From positions 1-30,844 of the IMG/VR virus record IMGVR_UViG_3300037119_002018: DNA of 30,844 nucleotides, one strand, 5' to 3'. Positions within the stretch are counted from its first letter, which is position 1; the number at the start of each line of letters is the position of its first letter. Below, in pieces: positions 16,120 to 22,854 of the stretch. The translations under genes and the position numbers were made by a program. Under the pieces are notes generated by a model, which was not told the DNA's origin, searched no databases, and worked only from the letters and a program-made list of their open reading frames with translations. This stretch comes from a virus (taxonomy: Duplodnaviria > Caudoviricetes).

Positions 16120-16889
16120 TGTTGTGTACGCCGTATCTGACGCCGGCGGATCTGGTGGAATGCGACTGCCCCCAAGACGCCTCGCCCACGGTCATAGAGC
16201 TGGCAATCCAAAGCGCCTCCGAAATCGAATACCTCCTGACGGGGAAGCAGTATCCGGGGGAATGCGAAGCCACCGTTAGACCTTGCGGCAACTCGGGTTC
16301 ATCGTTGGGTTGGTCGGCGATGTTTTGGTCGTTCCCTTGGGTGCCGATTCTCACCGGAGGCGTGTGGATCAACCAGGGCCCCTGCGGATGTTCAATGGAT
16401 GCTTGCGGGTGTTCGGGGTATCCGAACGTCAACCTTGGGAGGACGGATATTCAAACGGTCGAATCCGTCACTTTGGACGGCGACGACTTCACCGACTACC
16501 GCCTCGACTCCAACCAATTCCTAGTGAGAACTGATGGGGGGCGCTGGCCTTGCTGTCAGAACCTCGCCGCCGACTCCGGGGCAAACACGTTCATCATCGA
16601 ACTCACCTACGGCCGGCCCATCCCCTCCATGCTGAAACGTGCCGCAACCGTTCTCGCTTCGGAACTGGTGAAAGCCTGCTCAGGTGTGGAATGCGCCCTC
16701 CCGAAAACCACACAAACCATTGTCCGTCAGGGAGCCACAATGGAACTGTTCGACCCCGCCGAGATTGTCGCGTCCGGCGCCACCGGTTTGTACGAGGTGG
16801 ACGTCATCAACCACGCGTTGAACCCGAACCATCTTCTCAGGGCTCCCCGCGTCTACTCCCCCGACCTTCCCACAAGCGTATGGAGCTAG
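16119..16889 (+). CDS. Head-to-tail adaptor
   Basis: 'ASEIEYLLTGKQY', 'TVRPC', 'LVRTDGGRWPCCQ', 'CALP', 'RQG', 'TGLYEVD', 'NP', 'VYSPD' are hallmarks of cluster-B-like adaptors. Confidence 0.8.
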   Translation: MLCTPYLTPADLVECDCPQDASPTVIELAIQSASEIEYLLTGKQYPGECEATVRPCGNSGSSLGWSAMFWSFPWVPILTGGVWINQGPCGCSMDACGCSGYPNVNLGRTDIQTVESVTLDGDDFTDYRLDSNQFLVRTDGGRWPCCQNLAADSGANTFIIELTYGRPIPSMLKRAATVLASELVKACSGVECALPKTTQTIVRQGATMELFDPAEIVASGATGLYEVDVINHALNPNHLLRAPRVYSPDLPTSVWS

Positions 16890-17284
16890 ACCAACTCCGA
16901 CGGGAACTCGACCAGAAAGCCCGCATCGTCGGCCGCACTCTTGCCACCTCATGGGAGTCCGAACTCCGCCGGACCTCACCAGTCGACACCGGGCAGATGC
17001 GCTCGAGGACGAAAGTCCGCGACGAAGTAAACGGAGGATTGGGGGGACGGGTCAACTCGATCAAGATCGTCGCCGTCATAGACACCGACTACGCCCAAAT
17101 GGTTTCCACAGGGACGAGACCCCACGTCATCCGCGCCCGCGGACGCGCCCTCCGGTTCCAGTGGCACGGGAAAACGGTCTACTTCAAACAGGTCAACCAC
17201 CCCGGCACACGGCCTAACCCCTGGTTCACCGACTCCGTCCGAGACCTCCCCCGACGAGTGTCCGAGATTTGGAACCGGCTGTGA
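16880..17284 (+). CDS. HK97 gp10-like tail completion/neck protein; start ATG 16880
   Basis: 'SPVDTGQMRS', 'YAQMVSTGTRPHVI', 'VNHPGTRPNPWF'. Confidence 0.8.
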   Translation: MELDQLRRELDQKARIVGRTLATSWESELRRTSPVDTGQMRSRTKVRDEVNGGLGGRVNSIKIVAVIDTDYAQMVSTGTRPHVIRARGRALRFQWHGKTVYFKQVNHPGTRPNPWFTDSVRDLPRRVSEIWNRL

Positions 17285-17730
17285 ACGACCTCGCCCTCTT
17301 GCTTGCCGGGGATCTCGAAACCTACACCGGACTCGAAGCCGCGGTCACGTTCGGTGAGCCCGCCGACCCGACCGGGACCGGATGCGAACTCATCAAAGTC
17401 TGGGTGGTCTCCGTCCAACCTCGAGACACCGACCCGCAGATCTGCACCACCCTCTCCCGGCTGACTCTCGCCTTCCGGTTGTACTCCTGCTACCCGGTCC
17501 AAGAACGAGATTTGACCGTGACACAGGAGGAGTCCGCTGCGCTGACCCTGTACACGATCGGGCGGGCGGTCTGGTGCGGCCTCGTAGACGATAAGGACAC
17601 CGGGTTGCTGATGGGGATCGGAGAATGCAAGCGGATCACCCTCTCCCCAATGGTCACCGACCCTCCAAGAGGGGGTGTGGCTTCGATGACCGGCACGCTG
17701 ACCGTCGACTACGACTGTCCTAGTTCCTAA
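17281..17730 (+). CDS. Putative tail terminator
   Basis: GTGA overlap; size and position after the gp10-like gene; 'PRGGVAS' near the C-terminus. Confidence 0.5.
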   Translation: MNDLALLLAGDLETYTGLEAAVTFGEPADPTGTGCELIKVWVVSVQPRDTDPQICTTLSRLTLAFRLYSCYPVQERDLTVTQEESAALTLYTIGRAVWCGLVDDKDTGLLMGIGECKRITLSPMVTDPPRGGVASMTGTLTVDYDCPSS

Positions 17731-17765
17731 TACCGAGCCCCGACCTCGAAAAGCCGGGGCTGGTA
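17731..17765 (+). terminator. Hairpin after the head-tail genes
   Basis: TACC-G-AGCCCCG ... CGGGGCT-GGTA inverted repeat; no clear U tract. Confidence 0.35.
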
Positions 17766-17772
17766 TCCTTGG

Positions 17773-18213
17773 ATGATGTTGAGTCCAAGTCCGATCCATG
17801 ATACTTCCGCGTATCCGCTCCTGCCCGTTGACCCCTCCGAGGCCACCATCCAGGCCGAGCTATACCACCAGGCTCGCCTGGCTGGGTTGCGAGTGGCGCT
17901 CGAACTGGTGATCGTCCTCCCGACCTACATGGCCAAGTACCCTCCGGCGCGGACCAAGCTGCGTGCTGATCTGGCCCTCTTCCACGGCGGCTTGGTGGTC
18001 GGCTTGGTTGAGGTCAAAAAGCCCCTACCGCCCGAGGGCCTGATGGACAAGAGAGGGGAGGTCCGTCAGAGAGAGGCTTATGATTCCACAGGTCTGTCCT
18101 GGGTGTATTGCCGAGGCTTAGGGGAGATACCGGATACCTTGCGATGGTTGGCAACTTTGGCTAACGTCACTAACCGTGTCCGCTACAACCCTGACAACCG
18201 AAGCCGCCGCTGA
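17773..18213 (+). CDS. PD-(D/E)xK nuclease-like protein (start may be ATG 17776)
   Basis: 'SEATIQAELY', 'RADLALF...LVEVKK', 'QREAY' match the restriction-endonuclease-like/VRR-NUC pattern. Confidence 0.6.
   Translation: MMLSPSPIHDTSAYPLLPVDPSEATIQAELYHQARLAGLRVALELVIVLPTYMAKYPPARTKLRADLALFHGGLVVGLVEVKKPLPPEGLMDKRGEVRQREAYDSTGLSWVYCRGLGEIPDTLRWLATLANVTNRVRYNPDNRSRR
18139..18167 (+). promoter_or_regulatory. SigA-like promoter (TTGCGA-N17-TAACGT) just upstream of the HTH gene
   Basis: 17-nt spacer; GTG start 8 nt after the -10 with no SD, so likely leaderless. Confidence 0.45.
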
Positions 18214-18508
18214 ATATCTCGGGGTCACGGTCCTAGACATTTACGAATCCCGGCGGCGCAACCAGCCACCCGGAACGCTCGGGGTCCGGCGCGGTCGCCG
18301 CTTGGTCTGGAGACAAGACGACCTAGATCAATTTCTGTCTGGCGAGAACCCTCAACCACAGGATGAGACTTTCGGATCACTCGACGCGCTGGTGTTGGAG
18401 ATGCGGGGAGTGAACCGCCGCCTCGATGCGATCCTCGCCGTGTTGCAAAGGTTCGACGGGGCGACGATCACCTACGAGACAACGACAGAGGAGACAGAGG
18501 ATGAGTGA
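18176..18508 (+). CDS. Helix-turn-helix DNA-binding protein (excisionase/HTH_17-like)
   Basis: 'LTTEAAAEYLGVTVLDIYESR...GRRLVWRQDDLDQFL'. Confidence 0.75.
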   Translation: MSATTLTTEAAAEYLGVTVLDIYESRRRNQPPGTLGVRRGRRLVWRQDDLDQFLSGENPQPQDETFGSLDALVLEMRGVNRRLDAILAVLQRFDGATITYETTTEETEDE

Positions 18509-18959
18509 AGGCATCGACTACGAACAGTTGGGGACGATCATCGTCTCCTTCGACGATAAGACCTACACGCTGACCCGCCCGAAAATGGGCCAGTGGCGTT
18601 ACTTCTCCCGCAAACTCCAAGCCCTCTACGACGAGAACCGGGAGACCCTGCTGAAACTCACTGGTCGTGTCACTGAGATGAACGAGGAAGTCGAAGCGTT
18701 GAAAGAAGCGGGTGTCGACACGAAGAAGGCGGCGGTGGCGCAGGCGAAAGCGCAGGCCGCGTTGAGGGAGTATCAGATCCAACCGTTCTACGAGACGACT
18801 ATCCCCTGGCTGCGGGAAGTGTTCGTTCAGCTTGGAGATAAGAAACTCCCCGAATCTGAGGATGACTGGCCGGTCTGGTTGGCTGCGGACCTTTCGGTGC
18901 CGACTCAGATCGTCGCTCATTGGAGGACAAACCCAAAAGTTTCTGGGGCGACGAGCTAG
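18501..18959 (+). CDS. Tail assembly chaperone (G-like); start ATG 18501
   Basis: GAGG SD; upstream of the tape measure gene; in-frame C CCA AAA slippery site near the 3' end. Confidence 0.7.
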   Translation: MSEGIDYEQLGTIIVSFDDKTYTLTRPKMGQWRYFSRKLQALYDENRETLLKLTGRVTEMNEEVEALKEAGVDTKKAAVAQAKAQAALREYQIQPFYETTIPWLREVFVQLGDKKLPESEDDWPVWLAADLSVPTQIVAHWRTNPKVSGATS

Positions 18960-19279
18960 CAGACCCCGATCAGACATGGCGCACCCACCACGACGGAACC
19001 TACCTGGCGGTGGAAGCAGAACTGATCTACGCCCTCGCCCGCGCGGGGATAGCGCTTCCAGTCGCCGAAGACTACGAACTGTGGGAGTTGGCGGCGGCGA
19101 TGGGCTTACACCGGGTGGAGACGATCGCGGACTACACCGAACGGGAGATCATCGAGAAGTCCGAAGCCTACTTCGAGGAGACGAGGGAGCAGCGGATGGA
19201 GAAACTGTCCGGCTATGCGGAACGGCGCAAGGTTCGGAGCAGAGAACGCAAGGCGGAGAAGCGAGCGAAGGTAACCTAA
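18920..19279 (+). CDS. Tail assembly chaperone frameshift extension (T-like; fused product 18501-19279)
   Basis: -1 frame ORF overlapping the chaperone end and stopping 4 nt before the tape measure gene. Confidence 0.7.
   Translation: MEDKPKSFWGDELADPDQTWRTHHDGTYLAVEAELIYALARAGIALPVAEDYELWELAAAMGLHRVETIADYTEREIIEKSEAYFEETREQRMEKLSGYAERRKVRSRERKAEKRAKVT
18932..18938 (+). other. -1 programmed ribosomal frameshift heptamer C CCA AAA
   Basis: X XXY YYZ in the correct phase (aac cca aaa gtt); the -1 frame (ccc aaa agt ttc) stays open to 19279. Confidence 0.8.
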
Positions 19280-19283
19280 GCGT

Positions 19284-21452
19284 GTGCTGACCGACGCCGT
19301 ACTCCTAGACATCTCCCAGGCTCAACGTCAGATCGACCAGCTCGAAACTGAACTGCGCCGGTTGAGCCAGCCGGTACGGGTTCCAGTGGACATCGATGTG
19401 GACCAGGGGATCGATGAACTCCGCCGGGATGTGCAGGGCGCCGACGCCGGCTTCGGAGATCTGAACTCTGAACTGGCTGAGACCGACCGGGAGTTGGATC
19501 GGATACGCGGTTCGGCGGATCGGGCCGGAAGGGAACTCGAACAGACGGGACGCCGGGGAGTGTCATCCTTTAATGGGATGGCGGTCGCCGCTGGAGCGTT
19601 CGGGGTTGCGCTTGCTGCCGCGGTGGGAATCCGGGCGTTCGCCGGTTTCGCCAACGAGGCGATACAGGCCGCGTCGAACCTGGCCGAATCAACATCGAAG
19701 GCCAATGTCGTGTTCGGGGAGTTTTCCGGGAAGATCCAGAAGTTCGCTCAGAGCGCCCCCCAGGCTCTCGGACTCGCTAACCAGCAAGCCCTCGAGTTCA
19801 CCGCCACCTTCGGCAACCTATTCCTTGCGCTCGGCCTATCACAGGAAGCCGCAGCGGACCTCTCCCCCGAGATCGTCCAACTCGGAGTCGACCTCGCCTC
19901 GTTCAACAACATCACAGACCCGACTGAAGTCCTCGAGAAGTTGCGTTCTGGACTGGTAGGGGAAGCCGAACCGTTGCGCGTTTTCGGGGTGAACATCAAC
20001 GAGGCGCTGACCAAGGCGAAAGCGTTGGAACTTGGGCTGGTAGGGGTAAATGGTGAGATCACCGAAGCGGCGAAGGTGCAAGCCCGGTACGCGTTGATTC
20101 TGGAGCAGACCACGACCGCGCAGGGAGACTTCGCCCGCACCTCGGAAGGGTTGGCAGGAACACAGAAGAGTGTCAATGCCCTCTGGGAGGACGCCAAAGT
20201 CGCTATCGGAGAGGCGCTACTCCCCGCCTATCAGCAACTGCTCGACATTCTGCCCGGGCTCATCGCTCAGGTGACGGACCTCGCGCCGTCCTTCGCTGCT
20301 CTGGGTGTGAGCCTCGCCCAAGCCGCCGAAGATTCCGCTCCCTTCCTGTCTTTCCTCCTCGATGTTGGACGTGCCCTTCCTGGTGTGGCGTCAGCCTTCG
20401 CCAACATTTTCTCCGGTGATGTCCTCCAAGCGATCGACGACCTTTCCGTGGCCCGTCTCCAAACCGGGTTCATCAACGATCTGCGTGAAGGGGTCGACCC
20501 GGCTTTGGCTTTGGCGAACGCTCTGGCTGAACTCAACCGTCAAACCCAATCACGGCCCGAGGATTTCAAGAAGTTTTCAGAACAGTTCATAGCCATCGCC
20601 AATCTCGATCCGAAACGGGCGGCGGAACTTGGCCAACAGTTACGTCGTACTGGAGTGGACGCGGGATTCTCCGCACCGCAAGTCCAAGAACTACGAGAAC
20701 AACTCTCGCTCCTAGTGACAGAATCGGAAGGGTTCTCCCGTCGTACCCCCGGAGGGTCGAACCTTCCCGGCACCGACCCTGAGGATGCGATCGCGATTTC
20801 GAATACCGCTCAGGCGATACTCGACCTGTCCTTGGCCGGCCAGTCGCTTGAAGCGTTCGCCCCCGACTTCGAATCGATCAACTTCGACCAGCTCACCACT
20901 GACCTCGCCCAATCCGCCGAAGGCTTATCTAACGCGTTCAGCGATGCCCTAGCCGACGAGGAGGGGGAAGTCGCCTCCGATGCGAAAGGGTTCGTCGACC
21001 GGGTCATTGAGAACATCAAAGCCGAAGCCGCGTTCCAGGGGAACATCGCTCGACTACGCGCGGCGGGCGCGGACATGACAGCCGCCTTCTTCGAAGGTCT
21101 CGGAGCGGAGCAGGGCGCCGAAACGCTCGCTGGTCTGGTCAACGATCCGGCTCAGGTCGCCCGGCTGGAGGAAGCCGCCGACCAGGTCGGAAGAGACGCG
21201 GCGGTGAATACGACCAACTCGTTCAAACAGGCGTTGGAGGAGGAATCGTTCGACACTTTGAACCTTCCCCCGATCGCAGTACCAGCGTTTCTTGATTTCG
21301 GTCCGCTCCCCACGTTCACTGGAATCCGCGAAGTCGGAGTACCAGTTACAGGAGGTGGCGATGTCAACATCACTTTCATGGACACCCCCCAGCCGACGAC
21401 CGCGACGACGAGGATCACCCAGTCGTTGACGAAGATCAAAGGGAACCAATGA
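19284..21452 (+). CDS. Tape measure protein
   Basis: 722 aa, Ala-rich helical; 'AASNLAESTSKANVVFG', 'DLASFNN', 'GEAEPLRVFGV', 'AQGDFARTS'. Confidence 0.9.
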   Translation: MLTDAVLLDISQAQRQIDQLETELRRLSQPVRVPVDIDVDQGIDELRRDVQGADAGFGDLNSELAETDRELDRIRGSADRAGRELEQTGRRGVSSFNGMAVAAGAFGVALAAAVGIRAFAGFANEAIQAASNLAESTSKANVVFGEFSGKIQKFAQSAPQALGLANQQALEFTATFGNLFLALGLSQEAAADLSPEIVQLGVDLASFNNITDPTEVLEKLRSGLVGEAEPLRVFGVNINEALTKAKALELGLVGVNGEITEAAKVQARYALILEQTTTAQGDFARTSEGLAGTQKSVNALWEDAKVAIGEALLPAYQQLLDILPGLIAQVTDLAPSFAALGVSLAQAAEDSAPFLSFLLDVGRALPGVASAFANIFSGDVLQAIDDLSVARLQTGFINDLREGVDPALALANALAELNRQTQSRPEDFKKFSEQFIAIANLDPKRAAELGQQLRRTGVDAGFSAPQVQELREQLSLLVTESEGFSRRTPGGSNLPGTDPEDAIAISNTAQAILDLSLAGQSLEAFAPDFESINFDQLTTDLAQSAEGLSNAFSDALADEEGEVASDAKGFVDRVIENIKAEAAFQGNIARLRAAGADMTAAFFEGLGAEQGAETLAGLVNDPAQVARLEEAADQVGRDAAVNTTNSFKQALEEESFDTLNLPPIAVPAFLDFGPLPTFTGIREVGVPVTGGGDVNITFMDTPQPTTATTRITQSLTKIKGNQ

Positions 21453-22087
21453 TCATCGGTATGGGCGAAGTCGGCCGGGCGCTCTCCGCTTATTTGAACA
21501 TGCCCGGCAGGGATATCGAACCTGAAGGGGAGCAGGCCGACACGATCCATATCGCCTACCCGTGGACCCCTGACTTCGAGGAGCAAGTCTGGACCCATGC
21601 GGACGAACACAACGCTTCGCTGGTCATTGTCCATTCGACGGTGCCGGTCGGAACCTGCGACCCTCACGGTTGGGTCCACTCCCCGGTGAGAGGGCAGCAT
21701 CCGATCAGCTTCGAGGCGACAACCAAAACCTTCGGTGGGGCTCTGGGTTTTCTGGCTGCGGCGGAGTGGCCGGGCCCGGTTCGGGTCTACCCGACCGCCC
21801 GTTTGACGGAGGCGGGCAAACTGTTCGAACTCGCCCAATACGGATTACAGGTGCGGGTGATGCAGTCGATCCACGAATGGTGCCGAACCCAGAATCTCGA
21901 TTTTGCTGCGGTCTATTCGGAGTTCGCTGAGGATTACAACCGGGATTATTCCAAGCTGGGTGAGGACCGGTTCATCCGTCCCATCCTCGAATACATGGGT
22001 GAGGGGATCGGCGGGCACTGTGTTCTCCCTTCGATGGGATTGTTGGATCATCCGATAGCGAGGCTGGTGGAACATGATCTGCAATGA
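21449..22087 (+). CDS. Short UDP-glucose/GDP-mannose dehydrogenase-like protein
   Basis: Rossmann 'IIGMGEVG', 'VHSTVPVGT', 'HSPVRG', 'EAGKL', catalytic-type 'GIGGHCV'; lacks the usual C-terminal domain. Confidence 0.75.
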   Translation: MIIGMGEVGRALSAYLNMPGRDIEPEGEQADTIHIAYPWTPDFEEQVWTHADEHNASLVIVHSTVPVGTCDPHGWVHSPVRGQHPISFEATTKTFGGALGFLAAAEWPGPVRVYPTARLTEAGKLFELAQYGLQVRVMQSIHEWCRTQNLDFAAVYSEFAEDYNRDYSKLGEDRFIRPILEYMGEGIGGHCVLPSMGLLDHPIARLVEHDLQ

Positions 22088-22853
22088 TCTTCGTCTGGGT
22101 GGCACCCTTTCCGGTACTGGGATCACCGGGGGAACTTCGATCAATTCGGCCGCTTTGGAAGTGGTGTCATGGTCCGACGTGTACGGCTATCCGGGCATTG
22201 CGGGGGATGTGAACCAGGTTTCCGGTCGGCCGGGCGGGATGCTGTCAGGGGATTTGTTGGGACGCCCCCGCTTTTTGAACTTGAACTTGCGGGCCACACG
22301 TTCCGACCCGGCGGGAGGACTGACTGAGCCGACCCCCGCGGAACAGCTAGTGGTGAACACTGACACGTTCATGGCTCTCCTCCAACCCGACACTATCCTC
22401 GAATTGGACATGCCCGACCTGACCACAAGGTTCCTCACCGTCACCCCCCTTGACGCGTTCACGATTAGTCAGCCGAAAACCGAACGGACCTGGACTGTCC
22501 CCCTCGTCGGGGATTGGCCGTACTGGCATGAAGGCGGCAACGAATCCACCGACACTATCTCCGGGGCGGACACGCTCACCGTAGGAGGGTCAACTGCGGT
22601 CTACGACGCGGTCCTCGTCTTCGCCGGTGATGGGACGTTCACGAACACGACGGAAGGGTGGACGATCACCGTCGTCGGATCGGCAGGAGCGGTCACCGTA
22701 GACCTAGGGCAGAGAACCGTTACTGAGGGTGGGAACCCCGCAGCGAACCGGATTCGGAGAACCGACCGGGATTGGGGCTGGTTCACTGTAGGTTCCAATA
22801 CGGTCACCTCTTCGGTTTCGGTCGGAGTCACCTGGCGTTCGAATTGGGTTTGA
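22074..22853 (+). CDS. Distal tail (Dit-like) minor tail protein
   Basis: 259 aa after the tape measure gene; 'PRFLNL', 'DWPYW', C-terminal 'WRSNW'. Confidence 0.65.
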   Translation: MICNDLRLGGTLSGTGITGGTSINSAALEVVSWSDVYGYPGIAGDVNQVSGRPGGMLSGDLLGRPRFLNLNLRATRSDPAGGLTEPTPAEQLVVNTDTFMALLQPDTILELDMPDLTTRFLTVTPLDAFTISQPKTERTWTVPLVGDWPYWHEGGNESTDTISGADTLTVGGSTAVYDAVLVFAGDGTFTNTTEGWTITVVGSAGAVTVDLGQRTVTEGGNPAANRIRRTDRDWGWFTVGSNTVTSSVSVGVTWRSNWV

Positions 22854-22854
22854 C

